Shown here in pieces: positions 38,301 through 51,200 of a DNA stretch of 64,000 nt. The position numbers and the translations under genes were made by a program. Under the pieces are notes generated by a model. That model worked only from the letters and a program-made list of their open reading frames with translations, did no database searches and had not been told where the DNA came from. The stretch comes from Balanoglossus misakiensis (taxonomy: Eukaryota > Animalia > Hemichordata), in contig CM082588.2 of NCBI GenBank assembly GCA_040954595.2, positions 9,036,844 to 9,100,843 on the forward strand, in the 5' to 3' direction. Within the stretch, counting starts at the first letter, position 1. Each line of letters opens with the position of its first letter.

Positions 38301-38675
38301 TTATGTCAACCACATACAATCCTGTATTTTTTTTAACTAATAGTTTGAATGTTCTATTTTATGCATTTTTTGCCTTTTTCCTCATTTGTGGTAAAAAATC
38401 TACTTTTCTAGAATTGATGAGTCAACTTCTTTGAAATTTTAGTATGAAGCTTCATATAGGTGATATGAGTTACAAGACTTTTGTTGAAATGTTGCAAAAT
38501 TTGCATATTGATAATTTTGGAGCAATTTCAGCCTTGTTTAATTATTTTTTTTTCTCTAAAACCGCTTGTTCCATTGCTTTAAAATTTGTTAGTCATGTTA
38601 GGGGTAGCTCAAGTAAGATTTGCATGTATGTTTTTCAAATCAACTTGATGAATTGAATAGTATATTTTTGAGGGA

Positions 38676-38972
38676 TCAAATCAAATCAAATCAAAACAAA
38701 CATTTATAAAGCGCCAGAATCAATAACAATGTTATTTCCAAAGGCGCTGAAAGTATAACATCAGTGTTCGTAGGCTTTGACAAATAGAAATGTCTTGAGT
38801 TTTTGTTTGAAAATGTTGAGACTAGAAGCCTGTTGAATGTCAGATGGCAGAGAATTCCAAAGTTGTGGTGCGACAAGGGAAAAGGCACATCCACCATATG
38901 TTTTGAGTCTGTACTTTGGTACACACAACTGGTTCCTTGAGCTGGAGCGCAGAGCCCGACTAGGCTTATATG
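38676..38972 (-). mobile_element. L2/CR1-group LINE 3' end fragment
   Basis: YKPSRALRSSS...TYGGCAFSLVAPQLWNSLPSDIQQASSLNIFKQKLKTFLF, then a short 3' UTR and (TTTGA)n tail. Confidence 0.85.
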
Positions 38973-39749
38973 ATTTTTGATTTGATTTGGTTTCAGGGTG
39001 ATTTCTCATGATGATTTACAAAACCTATGACTGATTACTTTGAAATTTGAGTAGGAAGTTAATTGGATGTGTTTGTTTAGATAATGGAATCAAATAAAGT
39101 TATTCATTCTTCACCTTCATACTTCACCTCATTTCATTTATTGGCTGGTTTGTCTATTGTATCAGGGCAGAGTACTTGCCATCCCACCCCACCGATGCAA
39201 ACTTTGAGTGGCAAAAGTAAAATTTGTCGTAACATTGAGTTAATGTGCTTTTGGGCTTACTAAAATGCAACTTTGAGCTCTGTATTTGTACACAATTTTC
39301 ATTAATTGGCTGGTTTGTCTATTGTACCAGGCCAGCATACATAAGATCAAGATGTTTTCGGGGCTGGGGGGCATCATATTTTATTGCCTCTCTATGTGTG
39401 TGTCTGTCTGTCTGTACTCCTGTGTAGACATTTTCTAGTGTAATCACTAAATGAGACCACAGTGTCCTTGACGCTATTTTTTGCGATTTTCAATGACTCC
39501 GGGGTAACCTTTGACCAGCTTTCATATATCTTGGTATTCACAGCAGAATACAGCCTTGGCATACCCTGGTAACCATGGGAACCGTTTGGGCCCCACCAAT
39601 AGTGCTGGCAGCGTTAATTTTTAAATGATTTCTTCTTATCGTTTTCTTTATCAATGATGATGACTTGATCTAATCAGATTATAAAAATAATTTCATTCTT
39701 TTTTTACATTAGGTTCTTTGGTAACACTGCTGCTGGAGGGAGTGTAATA

Positions 39750-40310
39750 TTTGTAACGACGCCGCCACCTAATACTGTACTGGAGTGATGAACTTAAACT
39801 TGTAACGACGCCGCCACCTAATACTGTACTGGAGTGATGAACTTAATACTTGTAACGACGCCGCCACCTAATACTGTACTGGAGTGATGAACTTAATACT
39901 TGTAACGACGCCGCCACCTAATACTGTACTGGAGTGATGAACTTAATACTTGTAACGACGCCGCCACCTAATACTGTACTGGAGGGAGGAACTTAAACTT
40001 GTAACGACGCCGCCACCTAATACTGTACTGGAGGGAGGAACTTAAACTTGTAACGACGCCGCCACCTAATACTGTACTGGAGGGATGAACTTAATACTTG
40101 TAACGACGCCGCCACCTAATACTGTACTGGAGGGAGGAACTTAAACTTGTAACGACGCCGCCACCTAATACTGTACTGGAGAGATGAACTTAATACTTGT
40201 AACGACGCCGCCACCTAATACTGTACTGGAGAGATGAACTTAATACTCGTAACGACGCCGCCACCTAATACTGTACTGGAGGGATGAACTTAATACTTGT
40301 AACGACGCCA
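39750..40310. repeat. 49/50-bp minisatellite, ~11 copies
   Basis: Unit TTGTAACGACGCCGCCACCTAATACTGTACTGGAGDGAKGAACTTAA(T)AC. Confidence 0.95.
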
Positions 40311-40491
40311 GATGATGCTTCTGTGACCAGAGGGATGAACGACGCCATGATTTGTTGATCTGATCTAATTAATAATATTCATTCTTTTTTTTCAATAGGT
40401 TCATTGGTATTATCATCGCCGGAGGGAGTCTAATCAATATCTACAACAACGCCGCACCAGATAACAATATCAAAACCAGAGGGATGCTGTC

Positions 40492-40669
40492 AATAGGTTA
40501 GGCTAATAAAAATGGTTTAATCTGAGGGAATGGTAAAGGGTTGGTGTATGAATATGTTAGGGTAATAAAAAATGGTATAATCTAACGGAATGGTGAAGGG
40601 TTGGTGTATGAATAGGTTAGGCTAATAAAAATGGTATAATCTAATGGAATGGTGAAGGGTTGGTGTATG
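40492..40669. repeat. ~59-bp tandem repeat, 3 copies
   Basis: AATAGGTTAGGCTAATAAAAATGGTATAATCTAATGGAATGGTGAAGGGTTGGTGTATG. Confidence 0.85.
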
Positions 40670-41103
40670 ATGACTAATAAAACAGTGTGCACAAGGGTAC
40701 TATAACAAAACTGTCTGCAAGGGTATAATATTATGGTGTCAAGGGTATGATACGTAATTAAAATACTATAAAAACATGAGTAATGCCACGTGGTAAATAA
40801 AAACTGTACATGTACAGAGGGTAAATACCGGTATAATATATAAGGGTGTAAACATCAATGGTGTAATAATAAAAAATGGGTAACACAAGGTTTTGGTGGT
40901 ATAATAATAATAAAATGGTATTAACTTGATGGTATAAACATTATGGGATGTGTATAAATGGTGTTAATATTACAAAGGTATGATGATTAGTTGGGGTGTA
41001 ATAATAAGAAACTTAAAATCATTGGGTAATTTATTAGGGTCAGGTTGGGTAAAATAATTGTTGCTATGCATTCGTGTAATAATTGTCTGCGGATTTTTTG
41101 CAG

Positions 41104-41286
41104 CGTTACCCGCGTTCGCGTTCTTCATTGCAGGTCGCTCGTCGTGTAATGGAATTTCACCGTGTGCCCGTTTGATTCGCCGATGGATTTTTTACAACGT
41201 TACCCGCGTTCGCGTTCTTCATCGCAATTCGCTCGTCGTGTAATGGAATTTCGCCGTGTGCCCGTTTGATTAGCCGATGGATTTTT
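41104..41286. repeat. CpG-rich ~93-bp tandem duplication
   Basis: CGTTACCCGCGTTCGCGTTCTTCAT...GCCGATGGATTTTT occurs twice. Confidence 0.8.
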
Positions 41287-42232
41287 TGCTTTCGTCATCG
41301 TAATTCCCGCATCAACACGAATCCTCAATCTCACGCAACAACAATACATCAAAATGTACACAGAAAAATAGGAGTCGGCAAGACAATTCTGGTTAGTTTG
41401 AGCCCCAACATTTTAAAATTCACAACGGGGGAGGGGGCAGTTTTTCCTCATTTTATATTTGGCTAGAGGTTTTTAACTGTCCCCAGGCGCGTAAAGTTAG
41501 TTAGTTTATCTCACAGAATGTAATTATCTTGCTTGATTTAAAAAAACACTAAAATTGTATGGGGGAGCTTCTTGCGATTTGCACTTAAGAAACTGATGGT
41601 TTTTACCCATAGATAATATTTAGTGTTAAGCACATAATTGCCTGGAAATAAAAATTAACTCAAGGGTAGAATGCAACAGTTAATTTTGTGCAATATCAAC
41701 AGGAGCTATTTTGGCACATTTTTTCAGTTTGATAAACACTGTTTTTGCTCATTGTTTCATTTCGACCACATTATTTCAGTTTGATAAACACTGTTTTTGC
41801 TCATTGTTTCATTTCGACCACTTTTGTCACCTTGTTTCAAATTGAATGCAAGCATTGTTTCTGTTTGACCACTATACTTGGGGTAATTGTTCCAAATTGG
41901 TATGCAAGATATTTTACATCAGCAGTTAGCCATCTAGCCACACTTTAGCTGCACAGCATATGAAAAATAATGAAATTCATGCAAAAAGCAAAAAAGTATT
42001 ATGGGTATAATGCCATTGCAGCATTGGCGGTTCGACTCCGTCGATACTTACTTGAAGCATAAGTCTTCATTATTTTTCATATGTAATAAATAAAACTATT
42101 CCAAATTCATATCTTTGTTTTCAGTTAGTGCTTTTGCTTCAGTTAGGGGGCCCACACTTACCAAACCTGTCTTGCCATCTTTTCACATTTCTTCAAATAT
42201 GCAGCGCCAGCAGTAGGCAGTATTTGATCAAA

Positions 42233-45200
42233 TTGACCCCACCAAACACTCAAAATTAATGGGCACGACACTGGCCACTAGCTCTGGCCTGGTTAATCAA
42301 TGTTGACGCAAAGGTTGACCCCACCAAACACTCAAAATTAATGGGCACGACACTGGCCACTAGCTCTGCATGGCCTGGTTAATCAATGTTGACGCAAGGG
42401 TTGACCCCACCAAACACTCAAAATTAATGGGCACGACACTGGCCACTAGCTCTGCATGGCCTGGTTAATCAATGTTGAAGCAAAGGTTGACCCCACCAAA
42501 CACTCAAAATTAATGGGCACGACACTGGCCACTAGCTCTGCATGGCCTGGTTAATCAATGTTGATGCAAAGGTTGACCCCACCAAACACTCAAAATAACT
42601 AGCTCTGCATGGCCTGGTTAATCAATGTTGACGCAAGGGTTGACCCCACCAAACACTCAAAATTAATGGGCACGACACTGGCCACTAGCTCTGGCCTGGC
42701 TAATCAATGTTGACGCAAAGGTTGACCCCACCAAACACTCAAAATTAATGGGCACGACACTGGCCACTAGCTCTGCATGGCCTGGTTAATCAATGTTGAC
42801 GCAAAGGTTGACCCCACCAAACACTCAAAATTAATGGGCACGACACTGGCCACTAGCTCTGCATGGCCTGGTTAATCAATGTTGAAGCAAAGGTTGACCC
42901 CACCAAACACTCAAAATTAATGGGCACGACACTGGCCACTAGCTCTGCATGGCCTGGTTAATCAATGTTGACGCAAAGGTTGACCCCACCAAACACTCAA
43001 AATTGATGGGCACGACACTGGCCACTAGCTCTGCATGGCCTGGTTAATCAATGTTGACGCAAAGGTTGACCCCACCAAACACTCAAAATTAATGGGCACG
43101 ACACTGGCCACTAGCTCTGGCCTGGCTAATCAATGTTGACGCAAAGGTTGACCCCACCAAACACTCAAAATTGATGGGCACGACACTGGCCACTAGCTCT
43201 GGCCTGGCTAATCAATGTTGACGCAAAGGTTGACCCCACCAAACACTCAAAATTAATGGGCACGACACTGGCCACTAGCTCTGCATGGCCTGGTTAATCA
43301 ATGTTGACGCAAAGGTTGACCCCACCAAACACTCAAAATTGATGGGCACGACACTGGCCACTAGCTCTGCATGGCCTGGTTAATCAATGTTGACGCAAAG
43401 GTTGACCCCACCAAACACTCAAAATTGATGGGCACGACACTGGCTACTAGCTCTGCATGGCCTGGTTAATCAATGTTGACGCAAAGGTTGACCCCACCAA
43501 ACACTCAAAATTAATGGGCACGACACTGGCCACTAGCTCTGCATGGCCTGGTTAATCAATGTTGACGCAAAGGTTGACCCCACCAAACACTCAAAATTGA
43601 TGGGCACGACACTGGCCACTAGCTCTGCATGGCCTGGTTAATCAATGTTGACGCAAAGGTTGACCCCACCAAACACTCAAAATTGATGGGCACGACACTG
43701 GCCACTAGCTCTGCATGGCCTGGTTAATCAATGTTGACGCAAAGGTTGACCCCACCAAACACTCAAAATTAATGGGCACGACACTGGCCACTAGCTCTGC
43801 ATGGCCTGGTTAATCAATGTTGACGCAAAGGTTGACCCCACCAAACACTCAAAATTAATGGGCACGACACTGGCCACTAGCTCTGCATGGCCTGGTTAAT
43901 CAATGTTGAAGCAAAGGTTGACCCCACCAAACACTCAAAATTAATGGGCACGACACTGGCCACTAGCTCTGCATGGCCTGGTTAATCAATGTTGACGCAA
44001 AGGTTGACCCCACCAAACACTCAAAATTGATGGGCACGACACTGGCCACTAGCTCTGCATGGCCTGGTTAATCAATGTTGACGCAAAGGTTGACCCCACC
44101 AAACACTCAAAATTAATGGGCACGACACTGGCCACTAGCTCTGGCCTGGCTAATCAATGTTGACGCAAAGGTTGACCCCACCAAACACTCAAAATTGATG
44201 GGCACGACACTGGCCACTAGCTCTGGCCTGGCTAATCAATGTTGACGCAAAGGTTGACCCCACCAAACACTCAAAATTAATGGGCACGACACTGGCCACT
44301 AGCTCTGCATGGCCTGGTTAATCAATGTTGACGCAAAGGTTGACCCCACCAAACACTCAAAATTGATGGGCACGACACTGGCCACTAGCTCTGCATGGCC
44401 TGGTTAATCAATGTTGACGCAAAGGTTGACCCCACCAAACACTCAAAATTGATGGGCCCTACACTGGCCACTAGCACTGCATGGCCTGGTTAATCAATGT
44501 TGACGCAAAGGTTGACCCCACCAAACACTCAAAATTAATGGGCACGACACTGGCCACTAGCTCTGCATGGCCTGGTTAATCAATGTTGACGCAAAGGTTG
44601 ACCCCACCAAACACTCAAAATTGATGGGCACGACACTGGCCACTAGCTCTGCATGGCCTGGTTAATCAATGTTGACGCAAAGGTTGACCCCACCAAACAC
44701 TCAAAATTGATGGGCACGACACTGGCCACTAGCTCTGCATGGCCTGGTTAATCAATGTTGACGCAAAGGTTGACCCCACCAAACACTCAAAATTGGTGGG
44801 CACGACACTGGCCACTAGCTCTGCATGGCCTGGTTAATCAATGTTGACGCATAGGTTGACCCCACCAAACACTCAAAATTGATGGGCCCGACACTAGCCA
44901 CTAGCACTGCATGGCCTGGTTAATCAATGTTGACGCAAAGGTTGACCCCACCAAACACTCAAAATTAATGGGCACGACACTGGCCACTAGCTCTGCATGG
45001 CCTGGTTAATCAATGTTGACGCAAAGGTTGACCCCACCAAATACTCAAAATTGATGGGCACGACACTGGCCACTAGCTCTGCATGGCCTGGTTAATCAAT
45101 GTTGACGCAAAGGTTGACCCCACCAAACACTCAAAATTAATGGGCACGACACTGGCCACTAGCACTGCATGGCCTGGTTAATCAATGTTGATGCAAAGGT

Positions 45201-48200
45201 TGACCCCACCAAACACTCAAAATTGATGGGCACGACACTGGCCACTAGCTCTGCATGGCCTGGTGAATCAATGTTGACGCAAAGGTTGACCCCACCAAAC
45301 ACTCAAAATTAATGGGCACGACACTGGCCACTAGCTCTGCATGGCCTGGTTAATCAATGTTGACGCAAAGGTTGACCCCACCAAACACTCAAAATTAATG
45401 GGCACGACACTGGCCACTAGCTCTGCATGGCCTGGTGAATCAATGTTGACGCAAAGGTTGACCCCACCAAACACTCAAAATTAATGGGCACGACACTGGC
45501 CACTAGCTCTGCATGGCCTGGTTAATCAATGTTGACGCAAAGGTTGACCCCACCAAACACTCAAAATTGATGGGCACGACACTGGCCACTAGCTCTGCAT
45601 GGCCTGGTTAATCAATGTTGACGCAAAGGTTGACCCCACCAAACACTCAAAATTAATGGGCACGACACTGGCCACTAGCTCTGCATGGCCTGGTTAATCA
45701 ATGTTGACGCAAAGGTTGACCCCACCAAACACTCAAAATTGATGGGCACGACACTGGCCACTAGCTCTGCATGGCCTGGTTAATCAATGTTGACGCAAAG
45801 GTTGACCCCACCAAACACTCAAAATTAATGGGCACGACACTGGCCACTAGCTCTGCATGGCCTGGTTAATCAATGTTGACGCAAAGGTTGACCCCACCAA
45901 ACACTCAAAATTGATGGGCACGACACTGGCCACTAGCTCTGCATGGCCTGGTTAATCAATGTTGACGCAAAGGTTGACCCCACCAAACACTCAAAATTAA
46001 TGGGCACGACACTGGCCACTAGCTCTGCATGGCCTGGTTAATCAATGTTGAAGCAAAGGCTGACCCCACCAAACACTCAAAATTGATGGGCCCGACACTG
46101 GCCACTAGCACTGCATGGCCTGGTTAATCAATGTTGACGCAAAGGTTGACCCCACCAAACACTCAAAATTGATGGGCCCGACACTGGCCACTAGCACTGC
46201 ATGGCCTGGTTAATCAATGTTGACGCAAAGGTTGACCCCACCAAACACTCAAAATTGATGGGCACGACACTGGCCACTAGCTCTGCATGGCCTGGTTAAT
46301 CAATGTTGACGCAAAGGCTGACCCCACCAAACACTCAAAATTGATGGGCACGACACTGGCCACTAGCTCTGCATGGCCTGGTTAATCAATGTTGACGCAA
46401 AGGTTGACCCCACCAAACACTCAAAATTGATGGGCACGACACTGGCCACTAGCTCTGCATGGCCTGGTTAATCAATGTTGACGCAAAGGTTGACCCCACC
46501 AAACACTCAAAATTGATGGGCACGACACTGGCCACTAGCTCTGCATGGCCTGGTTAATCAATGTTGACGCAAAGGTTGACCCCACCAAACACTCAAAATT
46601 AATGGGCACGACACTGGCCACTAGCTCTGCATGGCCTGGTTAATCAATGTTGACGCAAAGGTTGACCCCACCAAACACTCAAAATTAATGGGCACGACAC
46701 TGGCCACTAGCTCTGCATGGCCTGGTTAATCAATGTTGACGCAAAGGTTGACCCCACCAAACACTCAAAATTAATGGGCACGACACTGGCCACTAGCTCT
46801 GCATGGCCTGGTTAATCAATGTTGACGCAAAGGTTGACCCCACCAAACACTCAAAATTGATGGGCACGACACTGGCCACTAGCTCTGCATGGCCTGGTTA
46901 ATCAATGTTGACGCAAAGGTTGACCCCACCAAACACTCAAAATTAATGGGCACGACACTGGCCACTAGCTCTGGCCTGGCTAATCAATGTTGACGCAAAG
47001 GTTGACCCCACCAAACACTCAAAATTAATGGGCACGACACTGGCCACTAGCTCTGCATGGCCTGGCTAATCAATGTTGACGCAAAGGTTGACCCCACCAA
47101 ACACTCAAAATTGATGGGCACGACACTGGCCACTAGCTCTGCATGGCCTGGTTAATCAATGTTGACGCAAAGGTTGACCCCACCAAACACTCAAAATTGA
47201 TGGGCACGACACTGGCCACTAGCTCTGCATGGCCTGGTTAATCAATGTTGACGCAAAGGTTGACCCCACCAAACACTCAAAATTAATGGGCACGACACTG
47301 GCCACTAGCTCTGCATGGCCTGGTTAATCACTGTTGACGCAAAGGTTGACCCCACCAAACACTCAAAATTGATGGGCACGACACTGGCCACTAGCTCTGC
47401 ATGGCCTGGTTAATCAATGTTGACGCATAGGTTGACCCCACCAAACACTCAAAATTGATGGGCTCGACACTGGCCACTAGCACTGCATGGCCTGGTTAAT
47501 CAATGTTAACGCAAAGGTTGACCCCACCAAACACTCAAAATTAATGGGCACGACACTGGCCACTAGCTCTGCATGGCCTGGTTAATCAATGTTGACGCAA
47601 AGGTTGACCCCACCAAACACTCAAAATTAATGGGCACGACACTGGCCACTAGCTCTGCATGGCCTGGTTAATCAATGTTGACGCAAAGGTTGACCCCACC
47701 AAACACTCAAAATTAATGGGCACGACACTTGCCACTAGCTCTGCATGGCCTGGTGAATCAATGTTGACGCAAAGGTTGACCCCACCAAACACTCAAAATT
47801 GATGGGCACGACACTGGCCACTAGCTCTGCATGGCCTGGTTAATCAATGTTGACGCAAAGGTTGACCCCACCAAACACTCAAAATTAATGGGCACGACAC
47901 TGGCCACTAGCTCTGCATGGCCTGGTTAATCAATGTTGACGCAAAGGTTGACCCCACCAAACACTCAAAATTGATGGGCACGACACTGGCCACTAGCTCT
48001 GCATGGCCTGGTTAATCAATGTTGACGCAAAGGTTGACCCCACCAAACACTCAAAATTGATGGGCACGACACTGGCCACTAGCTCTGCATGGCGTGGTTA
48101 ATCAATGTTGACGCAAAGGTTGACCCCACCAAACACTCAAAATTAATGGGCACGACACTGGCCACTAGCTCTGCATGGCCTGGTTAATCAATGTTGACGC

Positions 48201-51200
48201 AAAGGTTGACCCCACCAAACACTCAAAATTGATAGGCACGACACTGGCCACTAGCTCTGCATGGCCTGGTTAATCAATGTTGACGCAAAGGTTGACCCCA
48301 CCAAACACTCAAAATTGGTGGGCACGACACTGGCCACTAGCTCTGCATAGCCTGGTTAATCAATGTTGACGCAAAGGTTGACCCCACCAAACACTCAAAA
48401 TTGATGGGCACGACACTGGCCACTAGCACTGCATGGCCTGGTTAATCAATGTTGACGCAAAGGTTGACCCCACCAAACACTCAAAATTAATGGGCACGAC
48501 ACTGGCCACTAGCTCTGCATGGCCTGGTTAATCAATGTTGACGCAAAGGTTGACCCCACCAAACACTCAAAATTGATGGGCACGACACTGGCCACTAGCT
48601 CTGCATGGCCTGGTTAATCAATGTTGACGCAAAGGTTGACCCCACCAAACACTCAAAATTGATGGGCACGACACTGGCCACTAGCTCTGGCCTGGCTAAG
48701 CAAGGTTGACGCAAAGGTTGACCCCACCAAACACTCAAAATTGATGGGCACGACACTGGCCAATAGCTCTGCATGGCCTGGTTAATCAATGTTGACGCAA
48801 AGGTTGACCCCACCAAACACTCAAAATTAATGGGCACGACACTGGCCACTAGCTCTGCATGGCCTGGTTAATCAATGTTGACGCAAAGGTTGACCCCACC
48901 AAACACTCAAAATTGATGGGCACGACACTGGCCACTAGCTCTGCATGGCCTGGTTAATCAATGTTGACGCAAAGGTTGACCCCACCAAACACTCAAAATT
49001 GGTGGGCACGACACTGGCCACTAACTCTGCATGGCCTGGTTAATCAATGTTGACGCAAAGGTTGACCCCACCAAACACTCAAAATTGATGGGCACGACAC
49101 TGGCCACTAGCACTGCATGGCCTGGTTAATCAATGTTGACGCAAAGGTTGACCCCACCAAACACTCAAAATTGATGGGCACGACACTGGCCACTAGCACT
49201 GCATGGCCTGGTTAATCAATGTTGACGCAAAGGTTGACCCCACCAAACACTCAAAATTAATGGGCACGACACTGGCCACTAGCTCTGCATGGCCTGGTTA
49301 ATCAATGTTGACGCAAAGGTTGACCCCACCAAACACTCAAAATTGATGGGCACGACACTGGCCACTAGCTCTGCATGGCGTGGTTAATCAATGTTGACGC
49401 AAAGGTTGACCCCACCAAACACTCAAAATTAATGGGCACGACACTGGCCACTAGCTCTGCATGGCCTGGTTAATCAATGTTGACGCAAAGGTTGACCCCA
49501 CCAAACACTCAAAATTGATAGGCACGACACTGGCCACTAGCTCTGCATGGCCTGGTTAATCAATGTTGACGCAAAGGTTGACCCCACCAAACACTCAAAA
49601 TTGGTGGGCACGACACTGGCCACTAGCTCTGCATGGCCTGGTTAATCAATGTTGACGCAAAGGTTGACCCCACCAAACACTCAAAATTGATGGGCACGAC
49701 ACTGGCCACTAGCACTGCATGGCCTGGTTAATCAATGTTGACGCAAAGGTTGACCCCACCAAACACTCAAAATTAATGGGCACGACACTGGCCACTAGCT
49801 CTGCATGGCCTGGTTAATCAATGTTGACGCAAAGGTTGACCCCACCAAACACTCAAAATTGATGGGCACGACACTGGCCACTAGCTCTGCATGGCCTGGT
49901 TAATCAATGTTGACGCAAAGGTTGACCCCACCAAACACTCAAAATTGATGGGCACGACACTGGCCACTAGCTCTGGCCTGGCTAAGCAAGGTTGACGCAA
50001 AGGTTGACCCCACCAAACACTCAAAATTGATGGGCACGACACTGGCCACTAGCTCTGGCCTGGCTAAGCAAGGTTGACGCAAAGGTTGACCCCACCAAAC
50101 ACTCAAAATTGATGGGCACGACACTGGCCAATAGCTCTGCATGGCCTGGTTAATCAATGTTGACGCAAAGGTTGACCCCACCAAACACTCAAAATTAATG
50201 GGCACGACACTGGCCACTAGCTCTGCATGGCCTGGTTAATCAATGTTGACGCAAAGGTTGACCCCACCAAACACTCAAAATTGATGGGCACGACACTGGC
50301 CACTAGCTCTGCATGGCCTGGTTAATCAATGTTGACGCAAAGGTTGACCCCACCAAACACTCAAAATTGGTGGGCACGACACTGGCCACTAACTCTGCAT
50401 GGCCTGGTTAATCAATGTTGACGCAAAGGTTGACCCCACCAAACACTCAAAATTGATGGGCACGACACTGGCCACTAGCACTGCATGGCCTGGTTAATCA
50501 ATGTTGACGCAAAGGTTGACCCCACCAAACACTCAAAATTGATGGGCACGACACTGGCCACTAGCACTGCATGGCCTGGTTAATCAATGTTGACGCAAAG
50601 GTTGACCCCACCAAACACTCAAAATTAATGGGCACGACACTGGCCACTAGCTCTGCATGGCCTGGTTAATCAATGTTGACGCAAAGGTTGACCCCACCAA
50701 ACACTCAAAATTGATGGGCACGACACTGGCCACTAGCTCTGCATGGCGTGGTTAATCAATGTTGACGCAAAGGTTGACCCCACCAAACACTCAAAATTAA
50801 TGGGCACGACACTGGCCACTAGCTCTGCATGGCCTGGTTAATCAATGTTGACGCAAAGGTTGACCCCACCAAACACTCAAAATTGATAGGCACGACACTG
50901 GCCACTAGCTCTGCATGGCCTGGTTAATCAATGTTGACGCAAAGGTTGACCCCACCAAACACTCAAAATTGGTGGGCACGACACTGGCCACTAGCTCTGC
51001 ATGGCCTGGTTAATCAATGTTGACGCAAAGGTTGACCCCACCAAACACTCAAAATTGATGGGCACGACACTGGCCACTAGCACTGCATGGCCTGGTTAAT
51101 CAATGTTGACGCAAAGGTTGACCCCACCAAACACTCAAAATTAATGGGCACGACACTGGCCACTAGCTCTGCATGGACTGGTTAATCAATGTTGACGCAA

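Larger units (their letters stand above)
27720..38670 (+). repeat. Cluster of degenerate HINE/DINE-1-like (Helentron-associated) repeats
   Basis: Recurrent heads TTTTAGGTCCCATTTGG..CCATGGG(A)CCTTATG plus (TGTATGTC)n at ~28090, 32548, 33040 and 35058. These are followed by repeated ATGAAGTTGTCATTGCCAAAA..ATGCAAATTAGCTG and AAATTTAGTATGAAGCTTC blocks. The family assignment is by architecture only. Confidence 0.55.

Noticed and set aside
39750-40310. CRISPR-like or coding repeat
   Set aside because: No spacers, mixed 49/50-bp units, frequent stops.
42000-42060. tRNA gene or Pol III promoter transcribing the satellite
   Set aside because: No cloverleaf, weak A-box, and several T4-T5 terminators lie between the B-box and the array.
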